A DNA stretch of 64,000 nucleotides from Eledone cirrhosa (lineage: Eukaryota), in the NCBI GenBank assembly GCA_964016885.1, contig OZ024743.1, positions 26,784,001 through 26,848,000 on the forward strand, in the 5' to 3' direction. Below are positions 37,920 through 50,985 of this stretch, piece after piece; the first letter of the stretch is position 1, and each line of letters starts with the position of its first letter. The notes below the pieces were generated by a model, which did no database searches, was not told the origin of the DNA, and saw nothing but the letters and a program-made list of their open reading frames with translations. A program made the position numbers and the translations under genes.

Positions 37920-39159
37920 CTGAAATATAGAATGAAACATTGATTCTATCTTTTAATTGAAATAAATTTTTAGATAACATTGAATAATAGGCAACATTCA
38001 ACTTTTTTATGACAATTTATCATGACTAATTATAGATTAGTCACCATCATTTTACATACATATTTACATGCTAACATGGGTTGGATGTAGTTACAGACCA
38101 AGTCAGTACTTAATTAGAGCTACTGTTCTAGTCAGGCTGAGGAACCATGTCTCACTTAGATATGTTCAATTTTGGTATTGTTTCAACAACTGGATACCCT
38201 TCATAATGCCAACCACTTTACCGATTGTACTGTGTACATTCTATCATGGCATCAGTACTAGAGTAATTTCAAGAAGATTCTGTTTCATATAATATTCAAT
38301 GATTACAATTATTAAATAAATAAAAATAAAATTTAAGAATATTTTCTCATGCATTTTATCATACCATTCTTATAAAGATTGGACAGACTTGAGCAATACC
38401 TGTATCCTTTGTTGTTGTTATTATTATTAGATGCTGGTATTCAGTCTGCTTTATACTACACATACCACCCTTCTTGATCAGCCTGTTACTTATCATTCTC
38501 ACACACATCATCTTGACCAGTGATTCTCAACTGTAAGCAATAATTTTAGTGACCATGTGATTCAATGGTACTTTTGAGAACCATAAAAATATTTTAGGAA
38601 GCCAGCTATAAATGTTTCATTCTTTGTGCTAATTTCAACATGCAATAATTGAATATTATAATAGCTTACTACCATATATGATCTAACTATTAAAACTAAA
38701 ATACAAGACAATCACATAGAATTTAACAACTTTTTTATGAAGATATTTAAAGAAATTCAAATAGCAAAAGAATGTAGCACTGAATGTCATAGTCATAAGA
38801 CACTAACCTCTGTTCATCCAAGTATATTTGATTCCTATTTCCCCCCAGTTTAAGAAATTCAGTGGATATAGATAAAATTTAGACATACAAGTGGGTAATA
38901 ATTTAAAGAGTGTGCATAATGATTAAATAAAAATCATCCTATTTGTTATATCATGGAATGGTTTGTCAGTTAAAAATGAGACACAATTCACAAGTTTAGG
39001 TCTCATTCATAATATAATAAACTATATCCAAACATCAGACATCAAAGAAACTGAAGAAATTCTCTACAGAAAATTAAAAGAAATGAAGACTGGTATTATG
39101 GAAAAATATAATTATGTGTTATGGCAATTTAAGAGGAAAATATGACTATGTTCAGCCTC

Positions 39160-42100
39160 TATTAACCTGATATATTTACCATGCGACCCTCAGTTCCTAC
39201 CCCCCCCCTCTCTATGCATCTCTTTAAGGTTTACTACCCTGTCTTTAACCTATTCAACCTAATTCATTCAATCTGAAAATATTGAAGAGATAAGACACTT
39301 TCCCATTCTTCTCTGCTAAAATGTATCACTAGAGTTGATTCCAATTGTTCCAGCCATCCATCCATCCTTACTAATCTCCGAAGGTATTTTAGCCTACATA
39401 TTGTTGTTAATATTAATGATGTTCCCTGCTGTATTAGCGATAAATTTTCGAGGGTTTTTCTTAGTAGTTTTCATGACGTTATTATTGTTAATTTTACTGA
39501 TGTAGTATTAACTTGGATATTTACCATGCGGTATTCTAATTCTATTGTATCTCTCTCAGTTATTTACCATGCGACCCTCAGTTCCTACCTCACAAGTTCC
39601 CTCCCCCCCACCCACCACCATAGTCTATTCGACCAATCAAACCTAGCATGCCATTTCCACTGCTGCTGCTACTACCTGCCTAACTAACTCTCTCCTCCTC
39701 TGGCGCATCCCAACACACCCTGCCATTACCCCACCACCACTGTTCTTCTAGCCCTCAATTTTCCCACCGTTATGGATGGATGAGCTGAGAATACATTTGA
39801 GCAACTCTGAATCAATAGATGAAATATGAATCTGCGAGCTACCAAGCACCCACGTGAAGCGCCAACCCAGAGACCCTCCCCTACGAGTGTCGACAAATGC
39901 CCAAAACTCCGAGTTGGTACCATCAATGTAGGCTCAATGAAAGGAAGAGCAGGAGAAATCGTAGAAATGCTAGAGCGAAAGGAAGTTGATGTATGCTGTG
40001 TGCAAGAGACTAGATGGAGAGGAAGGTCTGCTAGAGTCCTTGTAGGAAAAAGCCAGTGCTACAAATTTTTCTGGGTGGGAAATGACGATGGGATGGGTGG
40101 TGTAGGTATACTATTAGCTGACAAGTGGGTAGATAAAGTAATCTCAGTGTACAGGGTAAATGCAAGAATCATTAAACTCAGACTAGTCCTGAATAAGACA
40201 ATTACCACAATAATATCAGCTTATGCACCCCAATCGGGGCTGCCAGACGAACTTAAGGATAGGTTTTACGAGTCCCTAATACACACTACTGCTCTAACAG
40301 ACGACAAGGACTTCCTAATCATTGCAGGAGATTTTAACGGACACGTAGGTAAACACTGCGACGGCTTCAATAGAGTACATGGAGGCCATGGAGTTGGCAC
40401 AAGGAATGAGGAAGGATTCAGACTTCTAGAATTCTGCGACGCCAATGACATGTCGATATGTAACACAAACTTTAAAAAACCCGACAACCACCTGATCACC
40501 TATAGATCAGGGGAGCACTCTAGTCAGTTAGATTTTTATCCTCATCAGAGGACGTGATAGATGGACGGTCGTAAACACAAAAGTCTTCCCTAGTGAGGAA
40601 TGTACATCCCAACATAGCTTAGTTGTCAGCGACCTCACGGTCAGAACTAGACGAACCCGGAAACAGAGGCCAACCCGGAGAAGAAAGATCTGGAAGCTGA
40701 AAGTCCCCTCAACCAGTAACAGATTTAAAGATATTTTACTCAACGCCTACGACAGTAAAGAAGAACAGATAGAGACATTTAACGTAGAAGAGAACTGGGA
40801 GTTCCAAAAAAATAACTTACTAGAGGCGACGGATGAGGTTTGTGGCTGGAGTAAGACCTCAAGCAGGAGGAGAGTGACTTGGTGGTGGAACAATAAGGTA
40901 GATGAAGCAGTCAAGGCCAAGAGACAGGCATGGAAAGAATGGAAGAACAGGGGGAGCAGGGTACATTACATAGAGACCAAGAGGGAAGCTAGGCGACAAG
41001 TATACTTAGCTAGGAGGGAAGCAGAGGATAGAAAATTCAAGCATGTTTTACAACGTGAGGACCAGAAACAGGAGGTATTCAAGATTGCGAGGCAGTGTGT
41101 CAGAGATAGTTGTGATGTCATTGGAGAGAAGTGTATCCGGAATGATAAAGGTGAGCTTGCCCTCACAAGTGCTGAGAAGAAAGATACATGGAAGAGTCAT
41201 TATGATAGATTACTAAATGAGGAGAATGCATGGGAAGAAGAGACCCTACCCCATGTAGACCCTATAGAGGGACCAGCAGTACAAGTCAGCGGCAGCGTAG
41301 TAAGTAAGGCAATCAGAGATATGAAGATGGGGAAGGCAACCGGTCCATCGGGTATAGCTGCCGAGATGCTGAAGGCATCTGGGTCTGTAGGTCACACTAT
41401 AACCACACGTATCGTTAACCAGGTAATACTAGAAGAGGCCATACCAAAAGATTGGTGCAGTAGCATCATTGTCAACTGCTACAAAGGTAAAGGCGATGCA
41501 CTAGATAGAGGAAACTATAGAGGTATAAAGTTGATGGACCAGGTCATGAAAGTAACAGAAAGAGTTATAGCACAGCTGATTAGGGACCGGGTGAATATAG
41601 ACGAGATGCAATTTGGGTTTGTACCAGGGAGAGGCACCACTGATGCCCTCTTGCTTGTGAGGCAATTACAGGAAAAGTATCTAGCTAAAAGTAAGCCACT
41701 CTACTTGCCATTTGTCGACCTTGAGAAAGCCTTTGATAGAGTTCCACGTGCAGTAATCTGGTGGGCTCTTAGAAAACTAGGAGTAGATGAATGGCTTGTG
41801 AAAGCGGTACAAGCCATGTATAGGGGAGCAGTCAGCAAAGTTAGGATTAGCAATGAGTATAGCGAGGAATTTAGCGTACAGGTTGGGGTCCACCAGGGCT
41901 CTGTTCTTAGCCCTCTCCTGTTCATCATAGTCCTGCAGGCAATAACGGAGGAGTTTAAGACCGGATGCCCATGGGAACTCCTGTATGCTGATGACCTCGC
42001 ACTCATAGCTGAATCTATGGTAGAACTAGAGAATAAATTCCAAACCTGGAAGCAGGGACTAGAGAGAAAGGGCCTCAAAGTCAACATGACAAAGACTAAG

Positions 42101-43250
42101 GTCCTTGTAAGTAGATGAGAAAACAGAACCCAGATCCCCTCAGGGAAATGGCCTTGCTCAGTATGTAGGAAAGGTGTAGGTAGGAACTCTATTCTCTGCC
42201 CCAAATGCAAACAATGGGTACACAAGAGATGTAGCGGGATCTCAGGAAGCTTAATTAAGAATGTAGGATTCACATGCAGCAGCTGTGCTGAAACAGCAAG
42301 CAAACAGCCACAGGAAACAAGTACCACCAATCTCTGGGAGGGCCCTGTAGAAACAGTAGACAGCTTCTGCTACCTAGGTGACCGAATTAGCAACGGAGGT
42401 GGGTGCTCAGAAAGTACAATAACTAGGGTAAGAACGGGATGGAAGAAGTTTAGGGAACTACTACCACTGCTAGCTGCAAAAGGCTTCTCCCTCAGAATGA
42501 AAGGCAGACTGTATGATGCGTGTATCCGAACAGCGATGTTGCATGGTAGTGAGACCTGGGCGCTGAAGGTGGAAGACTTACGTAGATTAGAGAGAAACGA
42601 AGCCTGCATGCTCCGATGGATGTGTAACAGTAATATACGTGAACGACAAAGCATAAAGGAATTGAGAGAGAGACTGAGCATAAGAGGAATCAAATGCTGC
42701 GTGCAGGAGAGGCGGTTACGCTGGTATGGACATGTGATGCGTATGAAGGATGACAGCTGCATAAAAAGGTGCAGAGCACTAGAAGTTGATGGAAACCGCG
42801 GAGTGGGGAGACCCAAGATGACTTGGGATGAGGTGATAAAAGCCGACCTTACCCAACTACACCTCTCAAAGACAATGACACACGACCGTGACTTCTGGCG
42901 TCACGCAGTAATACAGGGTACCCGACCTCCCATGGGTACAAGCTGAAGCATATAAACAATATGCCCCCACTCCCCCCACCGTAAGGTGGTCGTGGAGGTG
43001 CCACGGCAAAAAAGCACCCAGCCCACACTGTAAAGTGGATGTGTAGGCGCCACGAAAAAGCACCCAGCACTCACTGTAAATGACGTTGGTGTTAGGAAGG
43101 GCATCCAGCTGTAGAAATCAAGCCAGATCAGTTCCTGTATGAGCAAGGCATGGTCAGCCGACCAGACACTGCCCACAACAGGACAACCCGTCTAACCCAT
43201 GCTAGCGTGGAAGAACGGACGTAAAACGGTGATGATAATGATGATGATGA
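39160..43250 (+). mobile_element. RTE family A, apparently full length (APE-RT-PHD), two lesions
   Basis: ORF from 39826 (GTINVGSM, CVQETRW, GDFNGHVG) to 42946; +1 frameshift at ~40535; CGA>TGA stop at 42116-42118; (GAT)n tail. The 5' boundary is approximate. Confidence 0.92.
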
Positions 43251-43807
43251 TATATATATATATATATACATACATATGTATATAATCATCACTGTCTAGC
43301 GTCCATTTGCATGGGTTAGACAGGCAGAGTTGGTCATGCCACACCTTTTTCCGACAAGGACTGTAAATTTGGCTGGGTATTTTACAGCTGGATGTCCTTC
43401 CTAACACGAACCACATTTACATGGAACTGGATGGCTCCGTTATGAAGAGCGACAGGCCAGTTGGCTGCACCGAACCAGTCTCACAGCGGAACCACAGTTT
43501 TGGAGCTCGGTACTGGATGGCACCGATATGAGGAGCCCAACACATCTCAAAGCATAGCCACATGTGTGTCTATTGGTAGTAGGTGTATATGTATTGGGGA
43601 AAGGTGTGTGTTTTGGGAGCAGGTGTGTGTGAGTGTGTGTGTATGTGTATTGTGAGCTTGATTCTTGGAACAAACAGTGTATTGTATCCTTAAGCAAGAC
43701 ACTTTACTTTCAAGATGCTCATACTCCACTCAGCTAGAAAATATAATGGGCTGTAACAAAAGTTATATCAGCTTTTGCCTTTCCCTTGGACAATATTGGT
43801 TGTGTGG

Positions 43808-44218
43808 AGAGAGTTAAGCTAATCCAAGCCAAGCTGAGCTAAATAACACTGTGTTCATCCAATCTGATTCGGTCCCTGATCTCGATCTGATTCTGGATTC
43901 CGGATCCCTAATCAGAACTCGGCTCACTGATCTGATCCCGGATCACAACATGATCCCTGGTCCGATCTCGGATCCCCAATCGAAGACCATGACCCGATCC
44001 CAGATCCATGGTCCGATCCTGGATCACGAGTCAGGTCCCGCATTGCCAATCCAATCTAGAACCATGATCTCCAATCTGATTCTGGATCCCTGATCCAATC
44101 CAGGACAGAGTTAAGCTAAGCCAAGCCAAGCTGAGCTGGACACAGCTAAGTTGAGATAAACCAAGCCGAGCTGGACAGAGTTGAGCTAAGGTAAGCTGAG
44201 CTGTACCAAGCTAAGCTA
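43808..44218. repeat. degenerate short-unit repeats: GATC-rich hexamer block flanked by AAGCT/GAGCT pentamer blocks
   Basis: Seen directly. Confidence 0.7.
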
Positions 44219-44243
44219 CACATATATTCATACATATGTATTG

Positions 44244-44286
<43 letters not shown>

Positions 44287-44296
44287 TAAATATACA

Positions 44297-45282
44297 TAGG
44301 TCCTCGTAAGTAGATGGGAAAACAGGGAAATGGCCTTGCTCAGTATGCAGAAATTCCATCCTCTGCTCCTGGAGGGCCCTGTAGAAACAGTAGACAGCTT
44401 TTGCTATCTAGGTCACCAAATTAGCAGCGGAGGGTGGGGGGGGGGGTTCTGAAAGTACAGTAGCCAGAGTAAGAATGGGATGGAAGAAGTTCATGGAGCT
44501 ACTACCACTGCTAGCTGCAAAAGGCTTTTCCCTCAAAATGAAAGGCAGACTGTATGATGCGTGCATACGAATAGCAATGTTACATTGTAGTGAGACCTGA
44601 GCATTGTGTGCCGAAGGCTTGCGAAGATTAGAAAGAAACGCAGCATGCATGCTCCGATAGATGTGTAATAGTAATATACGTGAACAGCAAAGCATAAGTG
44701 AATTAAGAGAGAAACTAAGCATAACAAGAATCAAATGATGTGTGCAGGAGAGGAGACTGCATTAGTATGGACATGTGATGTGTATGAAGGATGACAGTTG
44801 CATAAAAAGGTGCAAAGCACTAAAAGTCAATGGAAGTCTTGGAGTGGGGAAACCCAAGAAGACCTAGAATGAGGTGATAAAAACTGACCTTGCCCAATTG
44901 CACCTCTCAAAGGTGATGACACAGGACTGAGACCTCTGGCTTTACACAGTAATACAGAAGACCCGAGTTCCCACATGCTGAAGCATATAGACAATATGCC
45001 CCCACGTCCCTCCCACTGTAAAGTGGTTGTTTAGGTGTCACGACAAAAACACCCAGTCCACACTGTATAGTGGTTGTGTAGACGCCATGGTAAAAAAAGC
45101 ACTCAGTACTCAATGGAAATGAGGTTGGTGTTAGGAAGGGCATCCAGCTGTAGAAACTGAGCCCAAATCAGTCCTGTATGAGCAGGACATAGTCACTTGA
45201 TCTAGCATTGCCCACAACAGGACAACTTGTGCAACCCATGTTAGCATGGAAACATTGATGCAAAACCGTGATGATAATGATG
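44297..45282 (+). mobile_element. RTE 3' fragment, degenerate
   Basis: Homologous to the family A 3' region; many stops. Confidence 0.85.
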
Positions 45283-45364
45283 AGTTAATAAATGAAACAA
45301 AACAAACAGAGGAATGCAAAAACACAGTTATATTAGATTCACACTTAGAGGAAGTGGAGGGGGG

Positions 45365-45397
45365 TTCAATGTTTCAGACAGAACTCTTCATCAGGAA
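45365..45397 (-). ncRNA. minimal hammerhead-ribozyme-like motif
   Basis: UUC-CUGAUGA-AGA(GUUCUG)UCU-GAAA-CA-UU-GAA. Confidence 0.5.
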
Positions 45398-45549
45398 AGA
45401 GGAAAGAACAGGTAGATGTAACATTAATGTGTGGAGGTTAGGAAAAGGGGTTTGGCAGGAGAAACATAGGTATGGGGAGGTAGGTAAAAGGTCTGGCCTA
45501 TATATATATATATATACTAATATATATACACATACATACATATATATAT

Positions 45550-46480
45550 AGGAAACAAGTACCACCAATCTCTGGGAGGGCTCTGTAGAGACAGTAGACA
45601 GCTTCTGCTACCTAGGTGACCGAATTAGCAGCGGAGGTGGGTGTTCAGAAAGTACAATAACTAGGGTAAGAACGGGATGGAAGAAGTTCAAGGAACTACT
45701 ACCACTGCTAGCTGCAAAAGGCTTCTCCCTCAAAATGAAAGGCAGACTGTATGATGCGTGTATCCGAACAGCAATGTTACATGGTAGTGAGACCTGGGCG
45801 CTGAAGGTGGAAGACTTATGTAGATTAGAGAGAAACGAAGCCTGCATGCTCCGATGGATGTGTAATAGTAATATACGCAAATGACAAAGCATAAATGAAT
45901 TGAGAGAGAGAGACTGAGCATAAGAGGAATAAAATGTTGTGTGCAGGAGAGGCGGATGCGTTGGTATCGACATGTGATGCGTAAGAAGGATGACAGCTGC
46001 ATAAAAAGGTGCTGAGCACTAGAAGTCGATGGAAACCACGGAGTGGGGAGACCCAAGATGACCTGGGATGAGGTGATAAAAGCCGACCTTACCCAATTAC
46101 ACCTCTCAAAGGCGATGACACACAACCGTGACCTCTGGCGTCACGCAGTAACACAGAGTACCCGACCTCCCATGGGTAGAAGCTGAAGCATATAGACAAT
46201 ATGCCCCCACACCCTCCCACTGCAAGGTGGTCGTGGAGGTGCCACGGCAAAAAAGCACCCAGCCCACACTGTAAAGTAAACGTGTAGGCGCCACGAAAAA
46301 GCACCCAGCACTCACTGTAAATGACGTTGGTGTTAGGAAGGGCATCCAGTTGTAGAAATCAAGCCAAATCAGTTCCTGTATGAGCAAGGCATGGTCAGCC
46401 GACCAGACACTGCCCACAACAGGACAACCCGTCCAACCCATGCTAGCGTGGAAGAACGGACGTAAAACGGTGATGATGAT
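45550..46480 (+). mobile_element. RTE family A 3' fragment
   Basis: Colinear with 14470-15410; starts in a (TA)n stretch. Confidence 0.9.
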
Positions 46481-46558
46481 ATATATATATATATATATAT
46501 ATACATACTCAAACATATATATATACACGATGATGATGATACATATACATACACACAC

Positions 46559-46589
<31 letters not shown>

Positions 46590-48139
46590 CATATATACAC
46601 ATATATATATATATATATAACGAAGGAGGTGTGGTAAGGAACCAGACGGACCATAAAGCACCAGAGTACTCAATACTTAGGGTTAAACATTTTCTTATAT
46701 ATATATATATATATTAATTATGTCTCATATAAAATAATATAAACTGGCTATCTGCAAAATACGTATAGTTAGCACGCCAAACGTATAATTGGGATTATAC
46801 TAAGGTATATTGTTGAGGGAGACGGAAGCCGGTCGGAGTATTGCTTAAAGCTTTCTCTGTTAATGTATTAAATATATATATATATATATATACAAATATA
46901 ATTTCAGCGAGATCGTATTTCGGCGGTGGCCAAAAACAAAGTGGAACGCAAATTTCGAGATATGCGGCAAGCGCTCAATGGACTAAAAGAAGACCAGAGC
47001 AATTAACATACATTATAGAGGCCAGACAAAATGAAATCAGTGGTCATGAAGCCATCAGCCACCTGAGCCAAAAAAACGAAGCAACCAGATATATATTATT
47101 GTCCCACCCTTGCAAGCAGGGAAAAGCGGACGTAAAATGATGATGATGATACATACATATGTAGATCACCAACAACTAAGGATGATGTCATGTCCTTCAT
47201 ACAACTGAAGCGCCCTCCCATTGGCCTTCCCATCCCTTTGTTTGGCAAGCTCCCGACGTCAGAATGCACTTCCTATCATTAACCACTTTACAGTATGTAT
47301 TGTGTGTGTTTCTCCTGTACATCACCAACACTAGAGTGGTTGTTGTATCATTGATACAACTGAAGGATCATCCTAACTCTTTTAGGCATGATTTTTACAG
47401 TGAGGTGCCTTTCATGTCGACAACCACATTATGGGGTGTACCGGGTGCATTTTTGTGGCACCATCACTAGAGAAATTGTTAGTCATAGTCCCAACTAAAG
47501 AGCCCTACTCTGAGGAGGGAAGGGGTAATAAGAGAGGGAGATAGGTATGAAGTTATAGGCGTATGGGGTGCTTTGGCATGGCAATGGGTATATGGGGAGA
47601 GGGGATGAGTGGCGTGGAGTTGTGGATGGAGTGACTGATATTGTGCGGAGAAGGAGGCACAGTGATTGAAATTTAGGTAAGGAATGATAGTGGGGGATGC
47701 ACAGGGTAGAGAGAGTAGCTACTAGGGTGTAAAATTACATATCTGAAAGCATGCTAAGAGGAGAAATTTTAAATTGAAAGTCTAGAGTAACATTTAGGTT
47801 TGAAAACATATGCTAAGATTGAGAGTTTTTATCATATATATGAAAAGGAAACATGCTAAGAGGAAAGGATTTAAATTAAAAGTCTAGAGTAATGTTTAGG
47901 TTTGAAAATTTATGTGAAGATCAAGATTTTTCGTTACATATCTGAAAACATAGTTGGAAAAAAAAACAAAAATTGGACTCCTACTCTCACTTGAATGCTG
48001 GTGTATAACAAATATTTTGCAATTACATATTCTATATTCTGCAGTAGAGTGTAAATCTGATGCATATGCTGCCAACATTTTATACTGTGAATAGAAACAA
48101 AAGTTCTATATTTAACTTACATGATTAATTCTTAGTAAT

Positions 48140-49215
48140 TGTTACCTGGGTGACCAAATTAACAGAGGAGGAGGGTGTTCCAAAAGCACAGTAACCAGAG
48201 TGAGAATGGGATGGAGAAAGTTCAGGGAGCTACTACTAACTACAAAAATGGTTTTCCCTCAAAATGAAGGGCAGATTGTATGATGCATGTATACACAGAG
48301 CAATGTTGCATAGTAATGAGACCTGGGTGCTGTGTAGAGGACCTGTGAAGATTGGAGAGAAATGAAGCTTCTATGCTTTAATGGATATGTAATACATGAA
48401 CGGCAAAGCTTCAATGAACTGAGAGAGAAACTGGGCAAAAGAGAGATCAGATGCAGTGAACATGAGAGCAAATTGCATTGGTATGGGCATGTGATGCGTA
48501 TGAAGGAGGACAGCTATATAAAAAGTTCATGGAAGCTTTGGAGTAGGAAGACCTAAGAAGACATGAGATGAGGTGATAAAAACTGACCATGCACAATTGC
48601 ACTTCTCAAAGGTGATGACACAGGTACGTGATCTTTGGTGTTATGCAGTAATACAGAAGACCCACCTTCCCATGTGCACAGGTTGAAGCATACATCTAGT
48701 ATGCACTGCCAGCCCCTCCATCACCCCTTCCATACACCTCCCATGTCCTAACACTCCACGCCCCGAGATCTAGCTCCCCAATCTCCACACACCTTCTGCA
48801 CACAAGTCCCCAGCCCACACTGTGAAGTGGTTGTTTTGGTACCACAACAAAAAGCGCCCAGTCCACACTGTAAAGTGGTCGAGTAGTTGTCATGACAAAA
48901 AGCACCCATGTAGGTGTCACGACAAAAAGCACCCATGTAGGTGTCACGACAAAAAGCGCCCATGTAAGTGTCACGACAAAAAGCGCCCAACCCACTCTGT
49001 AAAGTGGTTGTGTTGGTGACATGACAGAAATTGCCTGGCCCACACTGTACATGTGGTTGGCATTAAGTAGGGCATCTAGCTGTAGAAACCAAGTCAAAAT
49101 CAGCTCTGTATGAGTAAGACATGGTCATCTGACCTGGCTTGTCTCACGAGACGACTCATCTAACCCATCCTAGCGTGGAAAATGGACGTTAAATGCTGCT
49201 GCTGATGATGATGAT
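48140..49215 (+). mobile_element. older RTE 3' fragment with expanded 27-bp tandem repeat in the 3'UTR
   Basis: Decayed C-terminal ORF; about four copies of tgtcacgacaaaaagcacccatgtagg at 48888-48990. Confidence 0.8.
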
Positions 49216-50109
49216 AATAAAGACTAAGAAATCTTTATTGTGATATCATTAATTATTTAAGTTGATTAGTGAACTTAGCCTTTATTTTTTTCTTATTACA
49301 GATTACTTGTGGCTGGTATAGTAAAAAAAAAAGTCAGCATTATTCCATTAAATATCTGTCCTACACTCATTTAGTCCTCAGAGATTATTATGTCAACACA
49401 TCTTATATGTCTGACAGCACTTTCAAATGACAGCATATGGCCATGTAAGTTGGGGAACTATTTGAAAACAAAACATAATGACAAGGAAAACAAATCAATA
49501 AAGTACTTATAAAAAAACTAAGTGATTGTTTCCGAGCAAGGAAAACATAGAATCAAATGTTTACTAAAGGATTAGTTGATGTAGAAAACTGTTTACTTCT
49601 ATGAACTTTCCATTAGTTTTATTTTGCCTTCCTGCAGTGTAATTTTCATTTAAACATTGACAAAACAAAGTGTGCATCAAATTACCAAGGTCATCTTAGT
49701 AATTCGTCAGGGTTAAAGTGCATTGATGAAATGGTCGAGGAAGTGGAAAAATAGCTAGTAGGATAATTACGAGTGAAGCCATTTGTCCTGCTGACATCAA
49801 TGTTGAGACATATTTCAAGGAAAATACTAATTCTCTTGCAAATAATATAATAGGTTATTTATGGTCCTATCCCTATGGTATGTAGATACTATTGTCTATT
49901 TAAAAGATGCTGTGTTCAAGGTTTTTTGAATATGCTGAGTGGTCTACTATCAATATTTGATTGCAAAATAGTAAAAGGTTCTCTGCAAAACACCATTGTT
50001 GTTGTAATATAAATTGTCAACTTTAAAACATCAAATGTACTTCAAGATTATTTTATATAGATATATACACAAACAATAATTATGGAAATTGTAGTTCTGA
50101 CATAAATAC

Positions 50110-50985
50110 TCATCCTTGACTCTACCTTACTTTCTTTCCTCCATCCATGCTTGCTCCACTTTAGTGGGTGACATCCTCTCCTTTCCAACATGGACTAGTT
50201 TTACTACAGCTGGGTTTGTCAGTTCATTCCCAATACTGATGAGGATAGAGAGAAGCAGAAAGTATGGGGCAATCTATCTGCATTCAAGCAAAACTTTTAG
50301 CTCTTTCTTTGATCATTCTGATCAATTTTCTAGGTGCTACTTACTTTCTGCAAGTGCTAAGTTCTCGAGAGACTGGATTGATGCCCTGCTTGTGGCCAAC
50401 ATTTGTGGTCTTCTCAGTCAGGATAAGCTCTGCATCTCCATTGCACTTAGACTGGGAGCCAGTGCCTGCGGGGGTCTGAGATATCTCTTGACTTCACAGG
50501 CCTACATGGTTTGTTCGGCCACCTGAATGCCGGTTGTTTTGCCAGTCACACTGAACTAAATCTGATCATTAAATGGGTCCTAGCTCAGATAAATACCTCT
50601 TCAGTTGGCTGGATTATCCAGAAGTGAAGGGAAGAGACGAGACAGCCTTACCCTTTGTCTCTGGATAAGAGGTACGTATCTCATCTGGGACGCCACAGTC
50701 AGTGACTCTTTTGCTCCCTGCCACATCATGGATGTAAATGTGAAGGTCACTACTTTCATTGCTGAATGGAATAAAATCCGAAAATTCCAGGATCTAACTA
50801 CCAATTATTTTTTCCAGCCCGTGATGTTTGGTGGAGTTGGGCCACTGATAGCTAAGTTCTTGTCATCTCTGGCGGCTCACCTTAATGAGTGTGTCAGGTG
50901 ATGCCCATGAGAGTGCCTGGTTGTTTCAGAGCCTTAGCCTCACCATCACTCATGGTAATAATGCTGCAAGCATGTTGGCTTGGTC
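50110..50985 (+). mobile_element. decayed CRE-type non-LTR retrotransposon 3' fragment (restriction-like endonuclease)
   Basis: SIALRLG...HTELN.IIK..L...GLSRSEGKRRDSLTL..W.RG..LIWDATVSDSFAP.H...AE..K..K...GVGP...FL..L...WLFQSLSL.I..GN.ASML, typical of the CRE-clade RLE domain. Confidence 0.7.

Noticed and set aside
38518-38865. Possible hAT-type MITE (cagtgattctcaact...)
   Set aside because: The right terminal repeat and the 8-bp target duplication could not be verified.
43425-43560. Short direct repeat actggatggc.ccg.tatga.gagc, considered as tandem hammerheads
   Set aside because: No CUGANGA core and no correctly placed GAAA.
48888-48990. Regular 27-bp repeats resembling a CRISPR array
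   Set aside because: No unique spacers, eukaryotic context, and derived from the RTE 3'UTR unit.
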